Assembly: GCF_030144855.1 (NCBI RefSeq)
Contig: NC_082706.1
Span: 4,898,001 to 4,962,000 of the forward strand
Length of the DNA stretch: 64,000 nucleotides
Direction: 5' to 3'
Source: Hypanus sabinus
Lineage: Eukaryota
This document shows positions 1 through 12,712 of this stretch, piece by piece. How positions within the stretch are numbered: position 1 is the stretch's first letter; the number at the start of each line of letters is the position of its first letter. Position numbers and translations under genes: made by a program. The notes under the pieces were generated by a model. That model worked only from the letters and a program-made list of their open reading frames with translations, had not been told where the DNA came from and made no database searches.

Positions 1-155
1 AATTTCTCAACAGTCAGACTTTCTTCATTGCTAAGAACTTGATTTAACTTAGCTAGCGTCATTTTTAATGTTTTAAACTTAGATTAATGCTTTTACCTAT
101 GTTTCAGAATCTTAAGTTTCATAAATCCTTCCCAGTAGTCAGCACTATATTAGCA

Positions 156-330
156 ATACACCCAAAATGGTGGAGGAACTTTCAAGCCAGGCATCATCTA
201 TGGAAAAAAGTACAGTTGACGTTTTGGCCTGACTGTACTTTTTTCCATAGATGATGCCTGACCTGAAAGTTCCTCCAGCATTTTGTGTTGTGTTGGTCGG
301 ATTTCCAGCATCTGCAGATTTTCTCTTGTT
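156..330. mobile_element. Palindromic Penelope-derived short insert with TSD
   Basis: Inverted arms around 205-225. CAGCACTATAT(T/A)AGCA at 140-155 and 331-346. Confidence 0.8.
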
Positions 331-451
331 CAGCACTATATAAGCACTTTTTTTTAACTTGACTTTCAGAATGAGAAAAATTTTCTCCATATTTCAGCAA
401 AGTAAAAATGCTTTGATTGCTGTAATGCAGACGTGGATTAAGATAGCAATA

Positions 452-1077
452 TACATTCATCACGCTCTTTGTTAGGTGTATATTCGTGGTCAGTTGCTTT
501 AGCCCATCCACTTCAAGATTCGACATGCTGTGAGCTCGGAGATGCTCTTCTACACACCACTGTTGTAATGTGTGGTTATTTGAGTTACTGTCACCTTCCT
601 GTCAGCTTGAACCAGTCTGCCCATTCTCATAGAAACTTAGAAAACCTGCAGCACAATACAGGCCCTTCAGCCCACAACGATGTGTTGAACAAGTACTTAC
701 TTTAAAAATTACCTAGGGTTGCCCATAGCCCTCTATCTGACTTCTCTCATTAACCAGACATTTTCATTCACAGAACTGGATGTTTTCTGTTTCTCACACC
801 ATTCTCTGTAAACTCTAGAGACTGTTGTGCATGAAAATCTCAGGAGATCAGCAGTTTCTGAGATACTCAAACCATCCTGTCTGGCACCAACAATCATTCC
901 ACAGTCAAAGTCACTTAGATCACATTTCTTTCCCAGTCTGATGTTTGGTCTGAACAACAAATGAACCTGTTGACCATGTCTACATGTGTTTAAGCATTGA
1001 GTTGCTACCATGTGATTGGCTGATCAGATATTTGCATTAATGAGCAGGTATACCTAATAAAGAGGCCACTCAGTGTA
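452..1077 (-). mobile_element. Internally deleted Tc1/mariner element; remnants also at about 7148-7280 and 61575-61710
   Basis: TIR TACACTGAGTGGCCTCTTTATTAGGTA (right end 1051-1077, degenerate left end 452-480). HTH peptide KKCDLSDFDCGMIVGARQDGLSISETADLLRFSCTTVSRVYREW. A CR1-tail fragment is nested at about 629-735. Confidence 0.85.
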
Positions 1078-3708
1078 CATGCAATTTATCTGAATACTTA
1101 ATGTTTTGTGGCCACCTGTGAGCAAGCAATTCTCAACGTTGTATGATTTGTAGACTTTTTGATAATAAATTAATCTTGATACTTGTTAATTCTTTTGGAA
1201 AGCATTTTGGATTGAATAGTACCTTTCTGTCCATGTGGGCATGAGTAGCTTTTAAAGATGATTCTTCTGTATCTTTGTTTTCAGATCGTTACTATGAATT
1301 CTACTCAATATGGTGTAATTCTTATTCTTAACCAGTTCAGCATGGTCAGGAATAATTTCATTCACTATCGTTCTGTGAATTCTGAGGTGGCAGAAGTGTC
1401 CTATGTATGATATGGAGACGCTGCCTCTGGTGGGACAGATAATATTTAACAAGGCAGCTGAGGATAGTACAGGATCCTTTCCTGAGACATGAGAAAACGA
1501 TCCCCAAATGTTCCATTACCATTTTGACTTGCCATGAACCAGACATTCTTTATAAGCCAGTGATGATGTTCAGTTTCTTTCAGGATACTTTGAGGACATC
1601 TTTGAAACGTTTTCTTCATTTGCATGAAACTAAGCTAGTCTTTGGAGTGTGGTGTTAGGCATACAAACAATGTGGCCTGTTCAATTGTCCACTATCATAT
1701 AAACAAATTTAAAGCATAGAATGTTATAGCATAGTACAGACCCTTTGACCCATGATGTTGTGTCAACCTTTTAATCTACTCTAAAATCAATCTAACTTTT
1801 CCCTCCTACGTAGTCCTCCAATTTTTATATCATCCATGTGCCCATCTAAGAATTTCTTCAATTCCCCTAATTTATCTGCCTCTACCACTAACCTTACATG
1901 CACCCAACATTCTCTATGTCAAAAAAAAAATGCCTACCTCTGACATTGGCCCTATATTTTCCTTAAAATTAGAGAAGGCCTCTGTTGGTCAGGATTGATC
2001 ATGGTTGGTGCATCCTAGCTGTCCAGATATGCAAGCCTGGGCAGTACAATATGGAGAGCAAGCTGTTGCCCATGTAGCAAGCAATCCTTCATTACACATC
2101 TGAGGAACCCAAAGGAATGGCAGTGTCACAGGAGTTGACAGTCATCCTCCAACTCAATGTAGGACTGCCTATGGGGCTCCAGCTCAAGATTTTTCCCTCA
2201 GGGTTTATTCCCAAAGGGTTTATTCCAATGAGTGGGTGTTGCTGCAAGGCAGTGGAGGTTTGAGGTCAGAGTTTTTCTTCTCCTAGGTGAGCTGCCTTCT
2301 GCTAGGTGAGACCCATCTGCCCAAAGCTACTAGTTTTAAGGTGCCAGTAATCCGCCTTTGCTCTTCTCCTGTAAGTGGAAACAGCTTTGCTGGGCTTAGT
2401 GCACATGAAGGCCAGGAGCTGGACTTGGTGTTCAGAGGCTATTTGAGGTACACGTTGTTGGGATCATTTAGTAGGCTGTAAGAGCTTGTCCCCATTACCA
2501 CCCCAGGCTATACAAAGTTAAGGAATCACCTTGAAATTATGCCCCCTCATAATAGCCACCTTCCCCCAGAAAAAAATTTCTGGCCATCCATTTGAACAAT
2601 ACCTCTGATTACCTAGTACACCTAACCTTGTGGGTGGATATAGAGCCAAAGAGCACTAGAACACAGAAAGAGGTCTCTTGGACAACATAGTTTGTGCCAA
2701 ACTGTTACTCTTCCTAGTCACTTTAACCATTTACAGTACATCTGTGAAATAAAATTAACCTAGTGTGTCTTGGCAATCATGTAGGTGACCTTTGGGTGTA
2801 CTTTTGCATAATTGGAGTTTATTGAACTATCATTACACTGAATCACCCATCATCATCATACATAAGTTTTCTTTTTGCATGTAAGTACTTAGCACATACA
2901 AAGTGCAATTTAAAAAAAAATTCTGTAATTCTTGTGAACCATTACTTCAAAAAGCTATCATGTCATGATTTTGAATATTCATAAGAAAACACACCTTGTC
3001 CCTCAACTTGTTACTTATAATCAAAGGGGCAATTTCTATGTTTCTCATTCCCCATCACCTCTTTTGATCAAAAACTATTTAACTTGGAGAAGTATAATTA
3101 TGCAAAAATGTATTACAACTCAGGTAGATGTCGGTGGCCTTAAGTGTGAGTCTTGAAAGTTTACCACAAGCAACTTACTCATTTTCAAAGGGATTCAAGG
3201 GAAAATACCTTTCAGGAACCATTTTGTAACCCCCTTCAGAATTCTATACTTCAATAATGAACATCTCTTGTTGTTCCAAGCTCTAGAGAATGTACCTGAA
3301 CTTTCCTTACAGGACAGTCCTGATATTCCAAGGACCAGTTGGCTGCATTACATTTGAGGACATCTTGTTCCTGAATCAAAACTATAACTCTTACCCAAGA
3401 CTCCAAAGCATTGCATAACTGCAGAAAGATGTCTACTGATCATTTTCTTAATATGGCATTGATAGGTCTGTATTGCTCAGATCTCTTCTGAATAAACCTG
3501 AACAATGAGTGAGCTAACCAATCTATATGTTTCAACTGTTCCTATTTTGAGCCAAAGAGATGGAAAGCCTATTTTTTTCTTCATTATCGGCTTCATTATT
3601 GGGTAGTGATGGGTATTTCACCAGTTAAGCCAAAGGAAGCATCTTGCAGATATACTGAAAACAAATTTGATTTTTAAATATAAAAACAACTTGAATGTAT
3701 TTGAGTAT

Positions 3709-4118
3709 AAGCAACACCTTGTATTCTGACTGGGTAGCCTCTGCCGGATGCCATGAATAATGATTTCTCCTCTGGGAAACAAGTTACCCCTCCCCTCTTC
3801 CTCTATTCCCCTCTCTGACTTTTTAACCTCTTCTCACCTGCCTATTACTTTCCCCATTCCCTTCCTCCTTCCCTTTCTGCTATGGTCCACTCTGTCTCTT
3901 ATCAGATTCCTTCTTCTCCAGCCGTCGACCTTACCTACCCTGTCCCCACTTTTTTTATTCTGGCATTTTCACCCTTCCTTCTCAGCCCTGAAGAAGGATC
4001 TCAGCCCAAAACGTTGACTATCAACTCATTTCCATAGATGCTGCCTGACCTGCAGAGTTCCTCCAGCATTTTGTGTGTGTTGCTCTGGATTTTCAGCATC
4101 TGTAGAATTTCTCATTTT
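3709..4118 (+). mobile_element. Penelope-like 3' fragment (GIY-YIG C-terminus + pLTR)
   Basis: QHLVF*LGSL..PDAMNNDFS remnant, pyrimidine-rich UTR, degenerate hammerhead motif at 3988-4019, ATAGATGCTGCCTGACCTGC tail. Confidence 0.82.
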
Positions 4119-6084
4119 ATAAGTTGAATGTGAATGTTCTATATATATTAAATATTCTGTGAATATGCTTGGAATTTAGCCTTATTTTGTTTTTTGCAGC
4201 CATTACCATTTATCAAAGGATAAATTTGCTGACAAACTTAAAAAAATTCCTGGCTGTCATGAATAAGTATGAAAGAGATTGACTTCACTGCTAGGAATTG
4301 ACATCTTATAGAATACCGATCATTGTGTACTTGGCTCTTGTAGTCAGGGTAACTTTTGCTTTGTTTATTATAAGTGATTTTACACATCTGTTTTCAGAAC
4401 ATCTTGGCACAAAACCTGAGTACTGAAACTGCCTGTTATAACACTACAGTTTGAAAACATAGTTTACTAATACTTACATAAAATTGAATATGGTATGGAA
4501 TCATGCCACCTGGCTCAACCAGTCCATGTTGGTGTTTATGTTCCACTCAAGTTGCTACTTCATCGCAATGAGCATTCTTTTCTCCCTTGCCTGCTTCTCC
4601 AACTTCTTAACTGTATCTCTACTATTCCTTTGATCTTTTTATCTGTAGTAGGGTGTTGCACAGTCTCATCCCTCTCACAATACAGCAGCTTTATTAGAAC
4701 TTTCTAATGGATTTCTTGGTAACATGTATCATAGTTTTTGCCTCTGGCCAAGCCGTTTCCCAAGTGGGAACATTTTCCTAAATCCACTCAATCAAATTTT
4801 TCTAATATTTTTGAAGTCTTCTATTAGTTTGTTCTTTGAAAAGAAAAGAAACCCTTGAAAACAAATAGAGTTTAAGTAATTGCTAATCAATCTGCAGTCC
4901 TACAAAGGAATGTAAGAGGATGCACTTTGGGTTTCATCCAGATCTTTGAAATCAAGTCAGTAATATTTATCTCAAATTGCTTCCTGTTTGTAAACTGGCA
5001 CCTCCATTTTCTCATTTCAGCCCTTGCTATTCTTTTAAATTTGAAGCACCTGATCTGAGGGGTGTTTTGAACTTATAATCACATGTTTGCCTCCTGCTTT
5101 TGAAGTAATCTGACAAGTGCGGTGAGGTTTCTGTAGGAGTGGCGGAACACGGCTGGTTTACACCTTAGAAGTCTGTTCATTGATCTTGGTTTAAGATCAG
5201 CATAAAAGACCCGTCGTCTGTTCATCTGCTACTCTAATGGCTTTTGAAAACACAAGTTAGTTGACTGTATTCCTAAGGAGGTGTGTAATATATTTGGATA
5301 TAAATATCAAAATTAATTTTTGTGTTAATTATAAGCACAATTACAGTGACTTCCAAGTAGAGATCTTATTATTTTGTCAGGATATTAAGTGAACTTGCTT
5401 CTCTTCATTTCATGGAGAGTGGAGGTGCAGGAAGGGTACCTGCACTTGCCCCACCATTAAAAATATTTATATGGTGCGCTGCCCACAGAAAGCAGCAAGA
5501 ATCATCAATGACTCTCATCATCTGGGCCATGCTGTCCTCTTGCTGCTGCCATTAAGCAAGAGGTACAGGATTCTTAGGGGTCCCACACCATCAGGCTCCT
5601 GAACCAACTTGGATAACTTCACTCACCTGAACACTGTTTACAGGAACACTTTATAACTCATGTGTTGTACGTGTTGATTGACCACAGCATCTGCAGTGTA
5701 CTTTGTGTTCTCAATGTTATTTAATTTGTTTTTATTTGCACTATTAATTTTCTTTTGCACATTGGTTGTTTTGTCAGTCTTTTTTTATGTATAGTTTTTC
5801 ATAACATTTATTTATTTTCCTGTAAATTTCTGCAAGAAAATGAGTATATGGTGATACACACATACTTTGAAAATAAATTTACTTTGATGTATGACCAAAT
5901 CTACATGTTATATTGAAACAGATAAACTGTACAAGATATGGAACGATTTAACAATAATCAGCTCTCTTCCCTGAATGGAACTGTATAGTTATGTAAATGA
6001 TGCTTGTGTTTGTCCATGCTCAGAGGCTGAGCTCTGTCATTGTTGATTCTACCTGAACTGCTTAAGGTGATAGGTTGTATATTC

Positions 6085-6680
6085 AACATGGCAAGACAAG
6101 GGCCTCTACTTGCCTTTCCTGCACATTGTTGCCCACCAGTGATGAGAACCCATGAAATGTAGACTACATACAGTGGGCATTAATACGAGCCTCTGGAAAA
6201 ATACCATCCAAAGTATCTTTACAAAGTTCTCAATCAAAATTAGCACCTTCTTCATGGCCAATATCCCCTGTATTGATTCCTTAGTTCAATTAGGCAGATT
6301 GTGCCAATTGTTGCCTTACACCAGCTTCCCTGAACAGAATCTATTGAAATACGAAGATGTTACCAGTCATACAGAGCAAAAGGTTCAACCATGTGATCAA
6401 AGCTTCTTTGAAGAAATGCAGCATCCCTACTGAGTCCTGGGAATTTCTGTCCCAAAGTGGAGAAGCAGCAATAGGGACTGTTTGGAGTCCATTGAGAGCA
6501 CCCAGAGGCCTTGAGTAAGTGGCAGAAGAGTGGACCACTTCACAATTTATCCAGGTGCTTGCCCCTTCAGCCTGTATCATCAGTGGGAAAACTCTGCAGT
6601 TCCAATCTTGGTCTCATCAGCCAACTCAGAACCCAGAAACTGACTTGGAAATAAAACATTCTTTATCCTGCCTAGGAAGA
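6085..6680 (+). mobile_element. RTE-clade LINE 3' fragment; another piece at about 1555-1690(-)
   Basis: KRFNHVIKASLKKCSIPTESWE and CSSNLGLISQLRTQ match the RTE ORF C-terminus (KRFKD.LKASLK...GL.SHLRTH). Confidence 0.75.
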
Positions 6681-7319
6681 AGTGAAACAGGTTTAACCCT
6701 TCCTCTTTATACACCTTATTTGTGATTTCACCAACCAGGAGTACTTTTGGCTCTGGTGAAATCATTAAATCTAATACTTCAAATTGTCTCAGTAATAGAT
6801 ATGGTCTAGATTTTGAGTTCCCTTAATTCATCCTCCAGTCATTTCATGTCCTCATCAAACTTCAGTTCTCTCTCAACATCAGCTTTCTGCAATCCCATAT
6901 CTCCACACACCCAACTTCTTCAATCTCCACCATCCACAATGATGTTTGTGTCCTGCATGCTATTCACATCTACAAGTTGTTCATTGGACCTACCCAGAGA
7001 GTTGCCATGGGCCATGTAATTTATGAGGTAAGTTAACTAACAAAATAATTTAGAAGCAACTTCTGCATTCTTCATAATTAGAAGGTATTTAATGTTTTGG
7101 TCTTGCTTGATGTGATACTTTTAATCACTTTATAAGTGAATATATATTCAGTGGCCCTTTATTAGGTACAGGAGTGGAACCTGGTATGGTCTTCTGCTGC
7201 TGTAGCTCATCAACTTCAAGTTTCAACCTGCTGTGCATTCAGAGATGCCTTTTGGCACATCACTGCTGTAACACATGTTGTTTTCAGCTCCGTTCTCATG
7301 ATATTAGCACCTAACACAA

Positions 7320-8200
7320 GAGTATGTGTTGGAACTGATTCTTTTTACCTTATGTCAATGATTTGGATGATGAAATTGATGGTTTTGTTGCAAAGTTTGC
7401 AGACAATATGAAGGAAGTAAGTTTGAGGAAGTAAAGAGGCTACAGAAGGACTTAGACAGATTAGGAGAATGGGCAAAGAAATGGCAGATGGAATACAGTG
7501 TTGAGAAGTAGTACTGAAAGTACTGACTGAGTTCTTGTGCAGTATTCCCTAAAGGTTAATTTGCAGGTTGAGTCTGTGGTGAGGAAGGCAAGTGCAATGT
7601 TAACATTCATTTCAAGGGGAATAGAATATAAAAGCAAGGATATAATGCTGAGACTTTATAAAGCACTGGTGAGGCTTCACTGGGAGTACTGTGAGCGGGT
7701 TTGGGCCCCTTAGAAAGGATGTGATGAAATTGGCGAGGATTCACAGAAGGTTCACAAAAATTATCACGGGATTGAATGCCATGAAGAGTATTTGATGGAT
7801 TTGGGCCTATGTTCACTAGAATTCTACAGAATCGGGGTGAAACCTCATTGAAACCTATCGAATGGTGAGAGGCCTTGATAGAGTGGAAGTGGAGAGGATG
7901 TTTCCAGTGGTGGGAGGTCAAAGACCAGAGGACACAGCCTCGGAATAGAACGGAGATGAGGAGTAATTTCTTCAGCCAGACAGTGGTGAATTTGTGGAAT
8001 TCTTTGCCACAGGCATCTGTGGAAGCCAAGTCTTTATGTATATTTAAGGCAGAGGTTGATAGATTCTTGTTTGGTTAGGGCATGAAAGGATACTGGGAGA
8101 TTGGGGCTGAGAGGAAAATTGGATCAGCCATGATGAAATGGCGGAGCAGACCCGATGGGCCAAATAGCATAATTCTGTTCTTATATATTATGGTCTTGTG
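7320..8200 (+). mobile_element. CR1 LINE 3' fragment
   Basis: NDLDDEIDGFVAKFAD, RMFPVVG and VNLWNSLP motifs, followed by the 3' tail. Confidence 0.85.
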
Positions 8201-11200
8201 TTCTAACTGCACTTAACTTTACACTGTGACTTTGTAGGTCTTGACAGCACATTAAGGGAATATTTACTGTAATGCACATATGTTATAAATTTAGAAACTT
8301 TGTTCCTCAGCCCACATCAAACTGCCCTCAACAAATTTTATAATGTTGCACATTTCTGCCATTAACACCTTTTTTGGATTGTAAGTGGCCAATTCAGGAT
8401 TAAGGTAGAATGTTATATAACAAAATTCAAAGCAAGATCTGCTGAAAATCTGAAATACAATTAGGAAATGGCAGAAACACTCAGCATGTTATAATGTTCT
8501 TGCAAAGTTCTTTTGATTTGAAATATTACTGTGTATTTATTTATAAGCATTAGTTTATCTGTATGAAACCAGTTAAATTAGTATTTGCAGTGAAAGGTAC
8601 TATTCAATTAGAAATGATACAAAATCCGGATTTGTGAAATGTACTTTAAAATGATACCAATTTTTTGTATGAAACTGAATTTAGAATAATTTATCTAATG
8701 TGCGGCCTTCAGATTGTGGGAGTGACATATGATTAAAGATTACTTCAAAGCAGGGATATTTGTCGCATGGCTTGACTGAGTACACATTTTTTGTTTTTAT
8801 CTCATGTTAATATATATCAAGTGAGTTACAGTGTTGTGATAGTACAGAACAGCTCAGAACCTTACTGAACCAAGCAAGATTCAAATCCAGTTTAATATGT
8901 CTACTTACTCCCTGCGGAACCATTGTAGCTTGTCAGCTTTTTAAAATGTTTTTATTAACCTACATCACTACTTTTTAGTGATTTCTGGATTCGTATCTGC
9001 ACTTTAGGCTAATATATGAAGTTACCTTATTTTCCCTATAAAAACCTTACATTTATCCAAGTTCAAAGTTCAAAGTAAATTTATTCTCTAAGTACATGTG
9101 TCACCATACATAACCCTGAGATTGATTGTCCTGTGGGCATACTCAATAAATCCATTAGAATAATAACCATAACAGAATCAATGAAAGACAGCACCAACTT
9201 GGGTATTCAACCAGTGTGCAAAAGAATACAAACTGTACAAATACAAAAAAGAAAGAAACAATAATAAACCAGTAAGCAATAAATATTGAGAACATGAGAT
9301 GAAGAGTCCTTGAATGTGAGTATAGGTGTGGGAACGTGGGGCAAGAAGTTGAGTGAAGTTATCCCCTTCGGTTCAAGAGACTGATGGTTGAGGGGTAATA
9401 CTGTTCCTGTATGCTGAAGATTATTTGCATATTACACTTTCTTCAAGTTTATTAACATAAACCTATATCTTTATGCAGACTGCTTAAGTGGTAATTGTAC
9501 CAGCTCCCTGGTTTACTAGTATCCACAAATTTTGAAATTATATATTATCCATTACTCAACTGAATTACTTCCATCAAACTCTTCTGTTTGCTTTGATTGT
9601 GCTCAGCTTGCTTCCATTTCTTCTACTTATCCGTTGACCCCATATTCTGTTACCTATTCCAAGTTTTCACCAGGGCTGCCATTCAGAACTTACGAACTTC
9701 TCCTGATCATCATCATCATCATTATGTGTCATATTGTATGACGTAGGGCTGTCATGGTCTCATGACCATGATTATTCTTGGCAATTTTTTTCTACAGAAG
9801 TGGTTTACCATTGCTTTCTTCTGGGCAGTGCCTTTACGAGACGGGTGACCCCAGTCATTATCAATACTCCTTAGGGAGTGGTTGCATAACCAGGACTTGT
9901 AATATCAACCAGCTGCTTATGTGACCATCCACCATCTGCTCCCATGGTTTCATTTGACCCTGATCAAGGGGAGTGGGTGTGGGCTAAGCAGGTGCTACAC
10001 CTTGTCCCAGGGTGACCTGCAGGCTAGCAGAGAGAAGGAGCACCTTACAGCTTATTTGTTGAGGCTGTATCTCCACCCTGCCACCTTACAACTATTATTT
10101 CAAATCCTTTTTCTTAGTATTTTTGATTTGTTGGGAAAATTCTAACTCAATTTCATATGACATTCATAAGAAGGTTCCATATTAACTGATGAGCCACTTA
10201 AATGCTCTTTGTCTCAGAAATTTCTTGTCAGCCTAACTAATCCATATTTTAGTATTTAGGCAAAGATGAAAAGATAAAATTCGAGAACACAAAACTGTTT
10301 ACAAACTCCTTCTGATTCTTTGTGGCTGTTTTATAAAATCAATGTAGAGGTACGCATTTAAATAAAAGCAAAATATTGAAAATGTTTAATTAGAATCTCC
10401 AGAGTATAAACAGTTCAATACTTAAGCTTTCAAAATTACCACCTTAAATTGTTGCATTCCTCCTGCAATGAGTTCCTGCAATGATTTTGGTTAGTTAATT
10501 CCAGAATTTAAATCTAGTGATGGAACATAGCCATATGTTTTATTGTTAGGATGGTATTAACATGGATGGAATCTACAAGTGGTGATGTTTCCACACACTT
10601 GCTTACCCTGGTCTAGGTTGTAAAAGTCACAGCTTTTTGTAGAGTCATCTTCTACTTTGCCATTTGGTTCAGTAATTCTAAATAGGAAACCCCTAAGTAT
10701 AGCTTTCCATTTTCACAGCTGGGCCTAGGGCTGCTGAGAAGTTGTGATAGTTTTAGGTTGAATTGTGAGCATAAGATCATCACAGTGTAGATATGCCAAC
10801 CTCCACAGCGCTACCCTTTTTTAAAAAAATTATAGAAATGGCTTTTGGAGAGTGAAGACATGTTAGTACCTAATGAAAGATTATTTTAAACACTAGACCA
10901 TATGAAATTGAGTTGTGAAAGCTCAAACTTGTTTCATCATTTGGAGTCCTTGCACTCATTCCATACTCTGAGGATTCTAATTTACGTGTATGTTCAAATG
11001 CACCAAATTCGTGCTCTAAGTGTTTGGGAATATTACTGTGGTACTGAATAAAAGATATCAAATGGCTACTACTATCTGTGAAAATAGAAACAAAATTATC
11101 ATTTCAGTCATAGAGTCACAGACCACTACACAACAGAAGCAGGCCCTTTGGTCCATCTGCTCTGTGCTGAATCATTATTCGACCTAGTCCCATTGAACCG

Positions 11201-11204
11201 TACC

Positions 11205-11750
11205 CACCATACATCTCTCATCCTTGTACTTATCCAAAGTGGCCCTCCATTGGTTGGGGTCAAACGAGGATGTTGCATCTCCGCTGTCTGTATGATACAC
11301 AAGCCAGAGCAGTACGATATGGAGAACAAATGTAGCAGGCTTCTCCTCTCCATGTAACTGATGGATCCAAAGGCAATGCAGAGACCAATACAGTTTGGCA
11401 CCAGCATTGTTGCAGAAATTGCTGATCAATGTAGGTCTGCCTTAGGGACTCCAGCTCCAGATTTTTAACTCCTGAAGGCTTCCCCATGAGTGGGTACAGT
11501 TGCAAGGCAGTGGAGATCAGAATTTTCCTTCTAATGGATGAACTATCAACAACAGCCGATGAGCCCTATCTGCCTGAAGCAGCTGGTTTTAAGGCTCCTT
11601 TGCCACTTCTTGTATCAGTAGAAATGGTTCTGCTGGGCTTAGTAGCTAAGCCACACGTAAAGTTCCTAGACTTGGTTGTCAGAGGCTGTTTGAGATGCAC
11701 ACCATTGGGAGCACTTACTACCCCTGGCTATAACAAACATGACCTTAAAA
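11205..11750. repeat. Dispersed repeat, second copy at about 1975-2520; probably an RTE 5' UTR-derived sequence
   Basis: The two copies share colinear blocks (GCAGTACGATATGGAG, TCAATGTAGG.CTGCC, TGCAAGGCAGTGGAG, GCTGGGCTTAGT, ACCCC.GGCTATA). The family assignment is inference. Confidence 0.55.
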
Positions 11751-12239
11751 GGAAGGTTATTACCCAGTTATTTTAAATTTTTGCTGACCTGCTTAGTGAA
11801 TATCTCCGACATTTTCTGGTTCATTTCTGATGCTGCAGTGTTTTGCTTTTGAAATGGCTTGACATTCATGCTGCTTACAAGCCCAAAGGCATGCGATGAT
11901 TTATGAAAAACTTAAAAAAGAAAATGTACCTGTTCCTCTGTTTCTGCGAAAAAATGTGGGAGTGGGAGGAATGAATGGAAACTAAAGAATCAGTACAGCT
12001 GCTGGCATGCCAGAGGCAATGGCTCTGGAAGCAAATCAAACTAGAAAATTGTTGTGTACTCACCTATTGAAATTTGCCATCTATGACTGACTGTGCTTAA
12101 TATGGTTATGCAGTTTTCTGATGGAGCTTTTAATCTGTTTAACATAGAATAGTGCAGCACAGTACAGGCCCTTCAGCCCACAATGTTGTGCTGACCCTTA
12201 AACCCTGCCTCCTATATAACCCCCACCTGAAATCCCTCC

Positions 12240-12712
12240 TCAGGAATTCTCAGAAGTCCTCAGGAGTCTGTGGAGATTCGGCATGACATCAAAGACTTTG
12301 ACAAACTTCAGTAAGTATGTAGTGGGGAGAATATTTACTGGCTGCATCACAGCCTGGTATGGAAACACCATTGCCTTTGAATGGAAAATCTTACAAAAGG
12401 TAGTGGATTTGGCCCTGACCATTATTGATAAAGCCTTCTTCACCACTGAACACATCTACATAAAATGCTGCTGTAGGAAAGCAGCACCCGAAATCAGAGA
12501 TCCCTACTACCAAGGTCCTGCTGTCTTCTCATTGTTGCCATAAGGTAGAAAGAACAAGTGCCTCAGCACACACACACCCAGGTTCAAGAACAGCTATTAC
12601 CCCACAACCATCAGGCTCTTGAATGAAAGGGGTTAACTACACTCAACTTCATTTGCCCATCATTGAAATGTTCCCACAACCAATGATCTCACTTTCAAGG
12701 ACTCTATCTCAT
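12240..12712 (+). mobile_element. Rex1/Babar-like LINE 3' fragment that continues after the CR1 insertion at about 16244-16390
   Basis: TLTNF...TGCITAWYGN peptide and the family 3' UTR. Confidence 0.7.

Noticed and set aside
4200-4266. 67-nt AG...GT segment with a strong acceptor, the same length as POLB exon 3
   Set aside because: No frame resembles POLB, and the required frame ends in TAA.
6152-6765. Overlapping ORFs first considered a viral or pseudogene remnant
   Set aside because: The + strand frames are explained by the RTE LINE C-terminus.
10719-10760. GPRAAEKL, resembling POLB exon 6 (GPSAARKF)
   Set aside because: Followed immediately by stop codons, and the splice phase does not fit.
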